From positions 1-44,612 of the forward strand of contig JBCLGW010000003.1 in assembly GCA_039740835.1 (NCBI GenBank): 44,612 nt of DNA, written 5' to 3'. Within the stretch, counting starts at the first letter, position 1, and every line of letters begins with the position of its first letter. Source of the stretch: Parcubacteria group bacterium. Its GTDB lineage: Bacteria > Patescibacteriota > Minisyncoccia > Phycocordibacterales > CALRHW01. A program made the translations under genes and the position numbers. Below are positions 16,981-27,589 of the stretch, one piece after another. Under the pieces are notes generated by a model. The model was given only the letters and a program-made list of their open reading frames with translations, had not been told where the DNA came from and made no database searches.

Positions 16981-18828
16981 ATGCAACCAGAAAAAACACA
17001 AACAGCGACAGCGACACCAGAGCGAACAGATACTCATATGCGCCGAAGACCTAGCGGACAAGGAGGACATCGTCGACCGCCAATGCGTGGTATGCGACGC
17101 GATAGCACAGTGCGTACAGCAAAAAAACAAGAAGATATAATCCCACCTATTGGCGACAGCGTGCGTATTATTCCACTTGGAGGAGTAGAAGAGGTGGGGA
17201 AAAATATGACGGCTATAGAGTATGGCGAGGATATTATCGTACTTGATATGGGCTTTGGTTTTAGCGAAGAAAGCACTCCGGGTGTAGATTATTTGCTACC
17301 AAATTCAAAATATCTAGAAGACAACAAGCATAAAATAAAAGCGGTCATCATCACTCACGGGCATCTAGACCATATCGGTGGTATCCCCTACATCATGCCT
17401 CGTATTGGCAACCCGCCTCTTTACTCTCGCAACCTGACAACAATAATGATTCGCAAGCGTCAAGAAGAATTTCCACATTTGCCACCGCTTGATATAAAAA
17501 TTGTAGAAAAAGACGATCGTATAAAAATCGGCAATTTGTCTGTAAAGTTTTTTGCAGTGACTCACACCATTCCAGACTCTATGGGAGTTATAATCGAAAC
17601 TCCTTATGGAGCGATAGTAAACGCCGGCGACCCAAAGCTCGATCATTACGATGGAGTGCCCACAGAAGCCGAACAAAAAGAATACAAAAAGTTTGAAAAA
17701 GAAAATGTTCTTCTTTTTATGAACGACTCAACAAACATCGAAAATCCAGGATGGTCTACGCCAGAAAGAGTTGTGCATCAAAATCTCGATGAAATCATAA
17801 AAAATATAAAAGGACGCATCATCATCGGTACTTTTGCATCTCAACTAGAACGCATCATAAAAATAATTGAGATTGCTGAAAAATATAATAAAAAAATCGC
17901 AGTTGAAGGCCGAAGTATGAAAACCAATCTAGAGGTGGCAAAGCTTGCAAACATGCTAAACATAAAAAAAGACACCATCATCCCTATCGAAAGTGTTGAA
18001 AACTATGCGCCAGACAAAGTGGTGGTACTTGCCACAGGTGCTCAAGGTGAAGAGTTTGCGGCTCTCATGAGAATAGCCAACAAAACTCACAAAAATTTCC
18101 GCATCACAAAACGCGACACTGTCCTCCTCTCTTCTTCTATTATTCCAGGCAACGAGCGCTCAGTGCAAAAACTCAAAGACAATATCGCGCGACAAGGTGC
18201 AAAAATAATTCACTACAGAACATCAGACGTGTATATTCACTCTACTGGTCACGGCAACCGCGCTGAGCTTGAGTGGATGTTTAAGAAAATAAATCCAAAG
18301 TTTTTTATGCCAATTCACGGCAACCATTATATGCTAAGACTTCACGCGCAGACTATTGAGGCGCTCGGCATGCCAGAAGATCACATCATCATTCCAGACA
18401 ACGGCACCATCGTTGAAATTCAAGAAAAAGGTACAAAAATCGTACGCCTAAAAGAATCAGCGCCAAGCGGTACTATGGTAGTAGATGGTTTTGCTATCGG
18501 TGATATGCAGGAAGTTGTGATTCGTGACAGAAAAATGCTTGCTGAAGACGGAATGTTTGTCATTATCGTAAGTATCAATCTAAAGACAGGTAAACTGCGA
18601 AAATCTCCGGATATTATTTCTCGAGGATTTGTGTATTTGCGCGAATCTCAAGAGCTACTGCAAGAAGCACGACAGATTATAAAAAAGAATGTTGAAGATA
18701 CTACATTTGGAATGAATCCGATAAATTTTGACTATGTAAAAGAAAACATTTCAGATGTTGTCACTCGTTTCCTATTCCAAAAAACTGCAAAAAAGCCAAT
18801 AGTAATACCTGTGGTGTTGGGAATGTAA
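16981..18828 (+). CDS. rnj: Ribonuclease J
   Basis: IIPLGGVEEVGKN, THGHLDHIG, VTHTIPD, HSTGH, PIHG, ISRGFVY; Arg/Pro-rich N-terminal extension. Confidence 0.96.
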   Translation: MQPEKTQTATATPERTDTHMRRRPSGQGGHRRPPMRGMRRDSTVRTAKKQEDIIPPIGDSVRIIPLGGVEEVGKNMTAIEYGEDIIVLDMGFGFSEESTPGVDYLLPNSKYLEDNKHKIKAVIITHGHLDHIGGIPYIMPRIGNPPLYSRNLTTIMIRKRQEEFPHLPPLDIKIVEKDDRIKIGNLSVKFFAVTHTIPDSMGVIIETPYGAIVNAGDPKLDHYDGVPTEAEQKEYKKFEKENVLLFMNDSTNIENPGWSTPERVVHQNLDEIIKNIKGRIIIGTFASQLERIIKIIEIAEKYNKKIAVEGRSMKTNLEVAKLANMLNIKKDTIIPIESVENYAPDKVVVLATGAQGEEFAALMRIANKTHKNFRITKRDTVLLSSSIIPGNERSVQKLKDNIARQGAKIIHYRTSDVYIHSTGHGNRAELEWMFKKINPKFFMPIHGNHYMLRLHAQTIEALGMPEDHIIIPDNGTIVEIQEKGTKIVRLKESAPSGTMVVDGFAIGDMQEVVIRDRKMLAEDGMFVIIVSINLKTGKLRKSPDIISRGFVYLRESQELLQEARQIIKKNVEDTTFGMNPINFDYVKENISDVVTRFLFQKTAKKPIVIPVVLGM

Positions 18829-18859
18829 ATTTTAAAAAATATTCTGATATAATTACTCT

Positions 18860-20053
18860 ATGTCAGAAAAATCTTTTATATCAAAGTCACACATATCGCT
18901 TGTGACAGTTTACATTTCAAATGTCTTACTCTCCTTTCATTATTTTTTAATAATATATGTTCATTCATCGTATCTAGGCACATATGTAAACGCTCAAAAA
19001 GTTGCCCTACTCTATACACTTGGCGCGGTTTTAAATTTAATATTTTTTTTCAATATACCAAAAATACTCGGTCGTATTGGCAATTATAAATTTACGCTAT
19101 GGGCAATAATACTTGAAGGTGTTGCTGTCGCAGGTCTCGTGGTCGGCTCGACACCACTTGTCATTGGAATATCTTTTATACTTCATCAAGCTGTTATTTC
19201 AATGATTCTTTTTGGACTAGATATTTTCCTTGAGGGTTCTGTAAAAGACGAAAAAAAAACCGGTGCAATACGCGGGCTCTATCTCACCCTTTCAAATATT
19301 ACTTTAGTATTTTCGCCCTTTATTGCAGGTCTGCTTTTGGTAAATAATAAATATTGGAAGGTGTACGCAGTATCTTTTGTTTTTCTCATTCCGTTGTTTT
19401 TTATCATTAAAAAATATATGCGATTTGCATCATATGCTCATACAAAAAGTATCAGTATTTTGCACATCATCAAAAAAACACGCGCGGATAAAAATGTACG
19501 AGGTGTCATCTGCGCGCATTTTATGTTGCAATTTTTCTACGCATGGATGGTTATTTATATGCCGATATATCTTTTCAATCATGTTGGTTTTTCATGGAAA
19601 GAAATAGGCGTTATATTTACCGTAATGCTTTTGCCGTTTATGATTTTTGAGTTTCCAGTCGGTGCAGTAGCAGACAAAAAATATGGAGAAAAAGAAATAA
19701 TGATTTTGGGATTTTTGCTGATGATTTTATTTACTTTTTTTATCCCATTTTTACAAACAAAAAATGTTTTGTTATGGGCAATACTTCTTTTCCTTACTCG
19801 TGTAGGCGCAAGCTTTGTTGAAGCAACCACAGAAAGCTATTTTTTCAAACAAGTTACAGATAAAGACACGGGGCTTATCAGTCTTTTTAGAATGACTCGC
19901 CCACTTTCATACATTGTAGTGCCCGCAATAGTAGTGAGTGTCCTTGCTTTTTTATCAATGAAAAACGCGCCATACGAATATATGTTTGCTGTACTCGCAC
20001 TATTTATGCTCATCGGTGTGCGATACTCTGCTTCACTAAAAGATACTAGATAG
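18860..20053 (+). CDS. MFS transporter
   Basis: 397 aa with about 12 hydrophobic segments and a G..ADKKYGEK motif-A-like loop. Confidence 0.85.
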   Translation: MSEKSFISKSHISLVTVYISNVLLSFHYFLIIYVHSSYLGTYVNAQKVALLYTLGAVLNLIFFFNIPKILGRIGNYKFTLWAIILEGVAVAGLVVGSTPLVIGISFILHQAVISMILFGLDIFLEGSVKDEKKTGAIRGLYLTLSNITLVFSPFIAGLLLVNNKYWKVYAVSFVFLIPLFFIIKKYMRFASYAHTKSISILHIIKKTRADKNVRGVICAHFMLQFFYAWMVIYMPIYLFNHVGFSWKEIGVIFTVMLLPFMIFEFPVGAVADKKYGEKEIMILGFLLMILFTFFIPFLQTKNVLLWAILLFLTRVGASFVEATTESYFFKQVTDKDTGLISLFRMTRPLSYIVVPAIVVSVLAFLSMKNAPYEYMFAVLALFMLIGVRYSASLKDTR

Positions 20054-20054
20054 T

Positions 20055-20813
20055 CTAAATATTTTTTCGCAATTCAAGACAGAGAAAAAGTGGGATTTCT
20101 TTTCGCGTTCTATCTTCTTCTGTTTTGCGTGGACCTTTCTCGCTTGTTTTATGAGAAATCCACTCTTCAAATCTGGTCGCCACAAAACCCGCAGAAAAAG
20201 CGAGTTTGAAATAGTATTGCAGTGGGCGATGAAAAGATATTGTTTCTTTTTTATCTTTCTGTCCCGGATGCATATCTATAGATGTTTTTGATTCTGAAAG
20301 ATACTCGTCTACACGGCGATATTGTTTTTTCTGAAGTTCATCCCAACCCCAAGATGACTTTTTTGGAATACGAAAAGTGGGGTGGTTCATCACGATTACA
20401 ATACTTCCTAGAGCAACAAGTACGCGCGCGCATTCCGAAAACATTTTTTTCACATTTTCAATATTTTGAATAGCCAAAACCAAAGCGATTTTGTTTATCG
20501 TCCCGTCTTTTATATCGCTCAAATCGTCGGCAGAAGAAACAATAAAGTGTGCTTCTTTCAAATCTTTTTGCGCAATATCCACAAGCTCTTTTGAAATATC
20601 CAAGCCCACAACGTTCGGGCTTACTTTACAAAATTCTTTTGTAAAAAATCCGCTACCGCATGCGAGATCAAGCACTCTGTCTGTCGGTAAAATATTCATC
20701 ACACGCATTAGGTTTGGTAGCACAACTTTTGTATGATACGAGTCTGTGTCTAGAGAAAGATATTCGTCATACCAGTCTGCCACATGCCCCCAAGAAGTTT
20801 CTTTGTTTGTCAT
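20055..20813 (-). CDS. Class I SAM-dependent methyltransferase
   Basis: VLDLACGSG motif I, GLDIS. Confidence 0.9.
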   Translation of the reverse strand: MTNKETSWGHVADWYDEYLSLDTDSYHTKVVLPNLMRVMNILPTDRVLDLACGSGFFTKEFCKVSPNVVGLDISKELVDIAQKDLKEAHFIVSSADDLSDIKDGTINKIALVLAIQNIENVKKMFSECARVLVALGSIVIVMNHPTFRIPKKSSWGWDELQKKQYRRVDEYLSESKTSIDMHPGQKDKKETISFHRPLQYYFKLAFSAGFVATRFEEWISHKTSEKGPRKTEEDRTRKEIPLFLCLELRKNI

Positions 20814-20816
20814 AAA

Positions 20817-21374
20817 TTATTGTTTAAAAGTTTCAAATGTAATCGGTATTTCCATACTGTCATCGTGCTGTCCAAGTCCCGATGGATTGTCTTTGTAAAG
20901 TATTAGGCGCCCCGTCTGTGTCGTACTCGTAGAAAAAGAAAGCATTGCAACAAACGGCACGAATTCTGTCGTCATCCACTCACCCTGCGTCTGTGCAGAA
21001 ACAACGCCGAGCTCCGTACCATTTTCATCAAAAATCTTTATTGGAAATGATGCTTCAAAAAACCAGCTACCCCTCGCTTCACCCTCTAAAATCAGGGGGC
21101 TTGAAACTTTTTCTTCTGTATTCAAATTAGTCACGCGAACAAGGTCGCTATAATCCATCTGTTTTTTCGGATTTTTTGGAATTTCTTCTACAAAATGTTT
21201 TCCGTCTGGAGTTTTGCATTGTCGAGGATACGACTCCATCACCGGATATCCATTTCCCTCACACTGCGCAAAATTATTTATACTAGAAAGCGCGCTTTTT
21301 TCTTTGACATAAAAAATGATGCCGTAAACTACGAGGATAAATATCAAAAAAGAAAATATAATTATTTTTTTCAT
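20817..21374 (-). CDS. Exported protein with Gmad2 immunoglobulin-like domain
   Basis: N-terminal TM, C...G.PVMESYPRQC mini-domain, G.ARGSWFFEASFP, DNPSG. Confidence 0.8.
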   Translation of the reverse strand: MKKIIIFSFLIFILVVYGIIFYVKEKSALSSINNFAQCEGNGYPVMESYPRQCKTPDGKHFVEEIPKNPKKQMDYSDLVRVTNLNTEEKVSSPLILEGEARGSWFFEASFPIKIFDENGTELGVVSAQTQGEWMTTEFVPFVAMLSFSTSTTQTGRLILYKDNPSGLGQHDDSMEIPITFETFKQ

Positions 21375-21410
21375 ACAATATACAGTATATATCTTGTTTA
21401 CTCAGAAATG

Positions 21411-21440
21411 AAAGAACAGAGGGTCGCTACGCCTCTGTTC
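21411..21440 (-). terminator. Intrinsic terminator
   Basis: GAACAGAGG-N9-CCTCTGTTC followed by TTT, abutting the stop at 21439. Confidence 0.7.
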
Positions 21441-22026
21441 AATAAATCACTGCTCTAGCCCTGCGATAACGGTCGTTATCGTTGTTGGATTCAAAGATAC
21501 TTGCCCTTGTTTGTCTTGCCCTACCCATCTTTTGGGTAAAGGTAAACGGCACGACTCCGTGGGACCTTTGGCATGTCGTCACATCATCAGAGTCGGGGTA
21601 CTCGCCGGTTTTGGCAAAATACACTGACCCAAAAATGATGCGCTGGGGCAAAGTCATAATTGAAACCTTTCCAGATTTGAAGTCTTCGGAAAGGCCATTG
21701 AGAATTTCTCCGCTTGCTTCTCTCGTATCGCGAGCCCAGAGCGCTCGAGGATGTAAAAGAACCAGTTCATTGTCCAAATTTTGAAAAACCTCGTGCCCGA
21801 TCAAAACCTCCATATTTCGAGACCCGCATACGCATGCGTGCTGTGTGGTGAAATTTGCCGGCTCAACGATGAGACGGGTAAATCCATCACGGAAAGGTGG
21901 AATCTTCATAGAAAGCCACGATTCTTTACTGCCAAGCTCGATAGAGCAAGGTGTCGATGCGTACCAACGCCTCCACCAAAGGAGGGCGTTTCTGATGTTT
22001 TCCTCTGTAGGATTTGAAACTATCAT
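21439..22026 (-). CDS. Hypothetical cytoplasmic protein
   Basis: AAGGAGG SD (22031-22037) before ATG at 22026, so start moved from 22068; has its own terminator. Confidence 0.75.
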   Translation of the reverse strand: MIVSNPTEENIRNALLWWRRWYASTPCSIELGSKESWLSMKIPPFRDGFTRLIVEPANFTTQHACVCGSRNMEVLIGHEVFQNLDNELVLLHPRALWARDTREASGEILNGLSEDFKSGKVSIMTLPQRIIFGSVYFAKTGEYPDSDDVTTCQRSHGVVPFTFTQKMGRARQTRASIFESNNDNDRYRRARAVIY

Positions 22027-22110
22027 ATGACCTCCTTTCGGGGGGGTTATTTTTGAGAAACTAAACATGCCACGCTGGCTTGTTATTCTTGCGCCAGTAT
22101 ATGCAAAAAG

Positions 22111-22677
22111 TCAGAAATTTACAATACCCAAAGACTTTACCGTACTATCTATTTTTTTATATAAATCCTCAAACGATTCTGTGTTTTTTATCACCACATC
22201 CGCCCTCTCCACACATGCTTTTATATTTTGTTTGTTTGGGTCACTGGACTGCATTTCTCTTTTTTCTTCCTCTAAAAATTTTTCAAAAGAAATGTTGTCG
22301 GTTACTGATTTCCTGGAAACAATACGCTTGTATCGCAAATCCACATCCGCATCTATAGCAACCAGAGAAAAGTTTTTGTGTTTTTTTAGAGTTTCTATTT
22401 CACCAACAGTGCGTATCGACTCTATGACAGCATTTTTGCCAGACAGAAGTGCCTGCAAAAAAAGTTGCTCTACTATAAATCCGGAATGATTTTTTTCTCG
22501 CAAATCATTGCCGACCAATGCCATTGAATCTCTGTTCATTGGCAAGCCCCGCCTCTCTATTTCCGCTACAAGAAAATTGCGCACCGAGTAGTGCACAAAA
22601 CCGTATTTTTCACAAAGATAGGCGACGACCACACCTTTGCCTGAACCTATTGTTCCCGTAATACCGATTATTATCAT
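22111..22677 (-). CDS. P-loop NMP-kinase-fold protein (dephospho-CoA kinase/UPF0200-like)
   Basis: IIGITGTIGSGK, VIESIR..E, R.KR, ADVVI.N. Confidence 0.8.
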   Translation of the reverse strand: MIIIGITGTIGSGKGVVVAYLCEKYGFVHYSVRNFLVAEIERRGLPMNRDSMALVGNDLREKNHSGFIVEQLFLQALLSGKNAVIESIRTVGEIETLKKHKNFSLVAIDADVDLRYKRIVSRKSVTDNISFEKFLEEEKREMQSSDPNKQNIKACVERADVVIKNTESFEDLYKKIDSTVKSLGIVNF

Positions 22678-22678
22678 T

Positions 22679-23239
22679 TTATTTTTTTATAATTTCAAGC
22701 ATTTCTCTCAACGTTTCTTCAAACTTTCCTTCAACATTGTTTATCACCACATCAAAAGACTCTCCCATCTCTATTTCTATTTTTGCCTTTGCAAGTCGCT
22801 CTAAAAGCTCGTCTTCTGGTGTATCGGTGCGCTCACCGTGTAGTCGGTGCACAATATCCTCAAACGATCCCGGTTTTATAAAAAACACAAAAGCTTCGGG
22901 CATTTTTTGTTTTAGGGTTTGTGCACCCTGCACATCTACCACCGCAAAAACAAATTCAAATTTTTCTAAAAGTTTCTCTACAATATTTTTTGAAGAGCCA
23001 TACTGCTGACCGTACACTTCTGCTGATTCAAAAAAAACACCAGCATCTAGTCGGCCTTGAAATTCATCTTTCGTAACAAAAAAATAATCAACGCCCTCTT
23101 TTTCGTTTGGACGAGGTAGGCGCGTAGTCACTGTAATCAGTCTAGTAGAGCTAGGTAAGCGCTTGAGAAGCTCTCTGGAAATGACAGTCTTGCCCGAAGT
23201 AGACGGTCCGGTGATAACAAAAAATTTACCCTTTAACAT
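22679..23239 (-). CDS. gmk: Guanylate kinase
   Basis: GPSTSGKT, TTRLPRPNEKEGVDYFF, YG..YG, DVQGA. Confidence 0.93.
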   Translation of the reverse strand: MLKGKFFVITGPSTSGKTVISRELLKRLPSSTRLITVTTRLPRPNEKEGVDYFFVTKDEFQGRLDAGVFFESAEVYGQQYGSSKNIVEKLLEKFEFVFAVVDVQGAQTLKQKMPEAFVFFIKPGSFEDIVHRLHGERTDTPEDELLERLAKAKIEIEMGESFDVVINNVEGKFEETLREMLEIIKK

Positions 23240-23294
23240 AGCTCCAGTCTAGCAAAAATAGTGCAACAAAAATAGATTGTGTTAGCATAATGAA

Positions 23295-24593
23295 ATGATT
23301 GAGAAAAAAGCCCAAATTAAAGCCATTTTTGAGGAGGTCTGGGATGTCGTCGTCATTGGAGGAGGGCCGGCGGGGATGATGGCGGCGGGGCGCGCCGCGC
23401 AGCTAGGCGCGCGGGTTCTTTTGCTTGAAAAAAATGAGGGACTCGGCAAAAAACTACTCATTACTGGTGGTGGTAGGTGCAACATCACAAACGCCGATTT
23501 TGATATACGCACTATTTTGGCAAAATACAAAGAAGCAGAACAATTCCTATTTTCACCTTTTTCAATATTCGGCGTAGAAAAAAGCTTGGATTTTTTTCAC
23601 ACAAACGGACTCCAAACAAAAGTAGAAAATGAAAAACGCGCTTTTCCTATCACAAACCGCGCCGAGTCTGTTTGGAATGTACTAGTGGAAAATTTAAAAA
23701 AACATAAAGTAACTGTCAGCTCAAACTCCCCTGTTAAAAAAATTATTAAAGAAGAAAATATCATTAAAGAAATATTGCTTGAAAACGGCGACATTGTACA
23801 CGGTAAAAATTTTATTGTCGCAACAGGTGGCACATCTCGACCAGAAACAGGCTCCACTGGCGACGGTTTTAAATGGCTAAAACAAATCGGTCATAAAGTA
23901 ATACCCAACAACACCTCTCTCGTACCAATTGAAATCAAAGACGAGTGGGTTAAAAAACTCCAAGGTATTACTTTGCAAAATGTTCGTCTTTCACTTTTTC
24001 AAGACAATGAAAAACAAAAAGTGGCGGGTATCCCACCTCGCGCAACAAGCAGAGTACTTTTTACACATTTTGGAATCTCCGGACCGACAGTGTTAAATAT
24101 GAGCAAAGATATCGGAGAACTTTTGAAATACGGAGAAGTCACTATAGAGTTAGATCTTTTGCCGAACGACGACTATTCGCATTTAAATAAGAAGCTTCAA
24201 GAAATGTGCAAAACCGACAACAAAAAAATGGTCAAAAACTCACTTAGCGCTCTCATACCGAGCGCGCTTGTAAATATTGTTTTAGAAAAATCAAACATAG
24301 CTCAAAACACCACAGGCAATAGTCTCACCCGTGAAGCCCGCATCACTTTAATAAAAACAATCAAACATGTAAAAATGAATGTTGCCGGACTTCTCGGCAC
24401 AGACAAAGCAATAGTTTCCTCTGGTGGTGTCGCACTCGAAGAAATAGACTTCAAAACAATGCAGTCTCGCCTTTTTTCAAATTTATATATTATTGGCGAC
24501 GTACTCAACATAGACCGACCCTCTGGTGGTTTTAGTTTACAACTCTGTTGGACGACCGGCTTTGTCGCAGGAGAAAACGCAGGGAAAATTTAA
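23295..24593 (+). CDS. HI0933/YhiN/BaiN-family flavoprotein
   Basis: [55 protein letters not shown]. Confidence 0.93.
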   Translation: MIEKKAQIKAIFEEVWDVVVIGGGPAGMMAAGRAAQLGARVLLLEKNEGLGKKLLITGGGRCNITNADFDIRTILAKYKEAEQFLFSPFSIFGVEKSLDFFHTNGLQTKVENEKRAFPITNRAESVWNVLVENLKKHKVTVSSNSPVKKIIKEENIIKEILLENGDIVHGKNFIVATGGTSRPETGSTGDGFKWLKQIGHKVIPNNTSLVPIEIKDEWVKKLQGITLQNVRLSLFQDNEKQKVAGIPPRATSRVLFTHFGISGPTVLNMSKDIGELLKYGEVTIELDLLPNDDYSHLNKKLQEMCKTDNKKMVKNSLSALIPSALVNIVLEKSNIAQNTTGNSLTREARITLIKTIKHVKMNVAGLLGTDKAIVSSGGVALEEIDFKTMQSRLFSNLYIIGDVLNIDRPSGGFSLQLCWTTGFVAGENAGKI

Positions 24594-25570
24594 ATCTCCC
24601 AAACAAAACCGTGTCCAAAGTGTCCGTACTTTGCGGTCTCACGAAATTTCGGCTCGCGTAATTTCAAAAAATCAATAATTGCTTTTGGTCGCAAATCATA
24701 ACCCGTCACAACCTCCTGAACACCATCAATAGTCACCACAGCCATCAACGGCTCTGCAACCCCTATTGCATAAGCAATGTGTACAAAAACCTCTTTCGCA
24801 TTTCTGGCGCGCAAATAATCCACCGCAATTTTTCTAGCCATATAAGCTCCACTTCTATCTACTTTTGTGGCATCTTTTCCAGAAAAACATCCCCCGCCTA
24901 TTGGAATATTTGGTCCATAATTATCTACTGCAAGCTTGCGTCCAGTCAGACCTGTATCAGCATTAAAACCACCGACAAGCCACTGCCCATTTGGATTTTT
25001 AAGCCATATCTTTTCCAAAGAAAGCCCATCTTTTAAATATGGCTCAATAAAAACTTCTACCGCTTTTGCCAATTTTTTTTCGGCCTCTACATCGGCATCA
25101 CACAATGAAGTCAAAAAAGAAATGACCCGACCGTCCTCTACAGTGACCTGCGCTTTACCATCGCGAGCACCCATAGACTCTGCGAGTTTGCGAGAAAGTA
25201 CGACCTCAAGTGGCAAAAACTCAGGTGTTTCATTTGAAGCAAAACCGACCATAATACCCTGATCGCCTGCACCGTCATTGTCTACCCCGCCACCTATCTC
25301 TGGACTTTGCTCTACAACATTTACGGTCACACCAATATTTTCATCATAACCACAGTCCTTATATATTTGTTGCGCAATTTTTCTAATATTTATTACCGCC
25401 TTTGTTGTAAGCTCGCCACAAACAGTAATGATGCCGTGACCTCCGAGCACTTCAACAGCACATCTAGTATTTGGATCTTGCGCCAAACACGCATCTAGTA
25501 TTGCATCTGAAATCTGATCACACACTTTGTCTGGATGAGACATTGATACTGACTCCGCTGTTTTTATCAT
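24590..25570 (-). CDS. metK: S-adenosylmethionine synthetase (compact, 326 aa)
   Basis: ESV...[48 protein letters not shown]. Confidence 0.96.
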   Translation of the reverse strand: MIKTAESVSMSHPDKVCDQISDAILDACLAQDPNTRCAVEVLGGHGIITVCGELTTKAVINIRKIAQQIYKDCGYDENIGVTVNVVEQSPEIGGGVDNDGAGDQGIMVGFASNETPEFLPLEVVLSRKLAESMGARDGKAQVTVEDGRVISFLTSLCDADVEAEKKLAKAVEVFIEPYLKDGLSLEKIWLKNPNGQWLVGGFNADTGLTGRKLAVDNYGPNIPIGGGCFSGKDATKVDRSGAYMARKIAVDYLRARNAKEVFVHIAYAIGVAEPLMAVVTIDGVQEVVTGYDLRPKAIIDFLKLREPKFRETAKYGHFGHGFVWEI

Positions 25571-25610
25571 TTTTTTATTTCGTTATTTTTTAAAGTTGTT
25601 TGTTTTTCAC

Positions 25611-25643
25611 AAATAAAAACTCCTCCCGAAGAGAAGAGTTTTT
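25611..25643 (-). terminator. Terminator forming the expression platform of the SAM-I riboswitch
   Basis: Minus strand AAAAACTCTTCTC-TTCG-GGAGGAGTTTTTATTT between the aptamer and the metK ATG. Confidence 0.75.
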
Positions 25644-25663
25644 GGCATTAAAAAATCGACCGC

Positions 25664-25770
25664 CTTATCTTCCCTGTTGGGATCGGATGGAGCACCTACT
25701 TTAAGTTGTCACTTAAAGGGTTGCTGGACGGATCATCGAGCCGATACTCTACCCGTCACTCTTGATAACT
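25664..25770 (-). promoter_or_regulatory. SAM-I (S-box) riboswitch aptamer
   Basis: Minus strand TTATCAAGAG...GCAACC...GGTGC...AGATAA; P1 TTATC/GATAA; pseudoknot ATCGG/CCGAT; directly upstream of metK. Confidence 0.93.
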
Positions 25771-25822
25771 ATCTTATGAAGTTGTATCTATATTCTATGC
25801 AAAAAAGTATTTTTTTGCAAAT

Positions 25823-27499
25823 CTATATAAACAACCGCGCTAGGCGCACATCTTCAAAAGACATATCATGTCCGGCTTTTTGCAAAGCAAACTTTAGTGG
25901 TGCGAGTTTGTTTTTACTGCCCTCGGTGAGTTTGTCGTTTATTTTTTTCACAATATCAATATTTTTTTGCGCTGGCTTTATTTGTGCAATGTTGGTCTTT
26001 GGAAATTGCTCTACAATATCTTCGATATGTCCCAAAATAGTACCAACAGTCAAACCTCTTTCCTCTGCAATATCTTTTACAGACATTCCATTTTCAAGTA
26101 GCTCTTTTGTGACAAATATTGTCGGAATTTTCTTTATCTTTTTTGTTTTACTATCTATTTTTTTGCTCACCGACACAGTACCACCTGTTCGCAAAATAAA
26201 ATCGCGTTCGAGTTTTTGTTGTTCAGTATCGAATAGTTTTCCAAATAACGCGCCATTGTCTTTACTCTGCTCGCGTAAATCTTTGTCAAAAGAAAGCACC
26301 TCTGGATCTACCCGCAAAGCATTTGGATGAAAACCGACAAGTCGTATCCCAGCAAGCGTACGCACACGAGAGAGCGCCACGTATCCCATGCCATACGCAA
26401 AAGTATGTGCCAAATCAATCTCTGCACAATCCATACTCATACCCTGACTTTTATGTATCGTAATAGCCCAAGCTAAACGCAAAGGAATTTGCGTAACAGA
26501 CGCTTTTGTTTTTCCATTTTCCTCTATCGCCCAAGATTCTGTGTCTACAAAAATTCTTTTGCCGTTGTTTAATTCAACGATAGGCAAACCCTCATCCGTA
26601 AATCCATCAACAACACCTCGTGTGCCGTTTACATATCCGGCCTCAAGATTATTTTTTATAAACATCACCTCGGCGCCCACTTTAAGCATCAGATCATCAT
26701 GCGCGAGACAGCTTTTTTTCAGAATATCCACAATCACATCGCGTCCAGAGCTCGTCATTTTGTAAACTCTCACTTCGCCTATAACCTCGCCGAGTTTTGC
26801 CATATTTTCTGCATCAACATTTTTGTTATGTGTATAAAGTTTTGTTGGATTTATTTTTTCGCCCAAATCAGCGTTGTGTCTAGTAGCCAAAAGCTCATAA
26901 TGTTCATCGGTAAGCTCGTCATCACGAATCGCATTTAAAATCCCCAAAAAAGCATCGTCGTCCTGACGGTGTTGCTCGGTCAAATAACAAATAGCCAGCG
27001 ACATTTCTTTCCATGCTTGCGAGTAAATAACCATATCTTTTGGATTTAAGTTGCCACTCCTGTTTACAGGTGGAAGCTGAAAAAGATCGCCAGCGAGTAT
27101 CACCTGCAAACCACCAAAAGGAATATCTTTTCTTTTAAACTTCCGACAAACTTGATCCACCATATCTAGCCGATGTGCGTGGAGCATTGAGACTTCATCA
27201 ATGATAAGCACGCGCGCAGAAGCAAAGCGATTCCAAAGATATTTTTTTTCATCAAGCGCCTCTAGATCGTACGCAGACAATGTTTCGCGCACGCCGATAC
27301 CAGACCAGCCGTGTATCGTCATGCCGTTCATATGAGTCGCGGCAATACCAGTAGAAGCCGTCACCGCAACAGCGATGTCATGCTCTTTTAGATAGTCTAT
27401 GTACTGATTGAGCAGGTACGTTTTACCCGAGCCAGCAGAGCCGGTCAAATATACATTCACTCCAGTTTTCATAATAGCGAGAGCTTGTGCTTGGGTCAT
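25823..27499 (-). CDS. Pif1/RecD-like SF1B helicase with C-terminal HTH domain
   Basis: GSAGSGKT, TASTGIAA, IIDEVSM, FGGLQVIL.GD.FQLPPV, HRQ, NG.RG, Q.PLRLAWAITIHKSQGMS, YVALSR; C-terminal IAEERGLTVGTI.GH. Confidence 0.92.
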   Translation of the reverse strand: MTQAQALAIMKTGVNVYLTGSAGSGKTYLLNQYIDYLKEHDIAVAVTASTGIAATHMNGMTIHGWSGIGVRETLSAYDLEALDEKKYLWNRFASARVLIIDEVSMLHAHRLDMVDQVCRKFKRKDIPFGGLQVILAGDLFQLPPVNRSGNLNPKDMVIYSQAWKEMSLAICYLTEQHRQDDDAFLGILNAIRDDELTDEHYELLATRHNADLGEKINPTKLYTHNKNVDAENMAKLGEVIGEVRVYKMTSSGRDVIVDILKKSCLAHDDLMLKVGAEVMFIKNNLEAGYVNGTRGVVDGFTDEGLPIVELNNGKRIFVDTESWAIEENGKTKASVTQIPLRLAWAITIHKSQGMSMDCAEIDLAHTFAYGMGYVALSRVRTLAGIRLVGFHPNALRVDPEVLSFDKDLREQSKDNGALFGKLFDTEQQKLERDFILRTGGTVSVSKKIDSKTKKIKKIPTIFVTKELLENGMSVKDIAEERGLTVGTILGHIEDIVEQFPKTNIAQIKPAQKNIDIVKKINDKLTEGSKNKLAPLKFALQKAGHDMSFEDVRLARLFI

Positions 27500-27589
27500 A
27501 GGCGAATTTTACCATAAAGAGTATAAAAACTTTCTAAAGAAAAAATAAAGTTACTTGGAGTAATAATCCAAAAGCGATTTTACACCAGC

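Noticed and set aside
25677-26330. 217-aa plus-strand ORF and the other antisense ORFs in the track
   Set aside because: They overlap well-supported genes or the riboswitch on the opposite strand and have no recognisable motifs.
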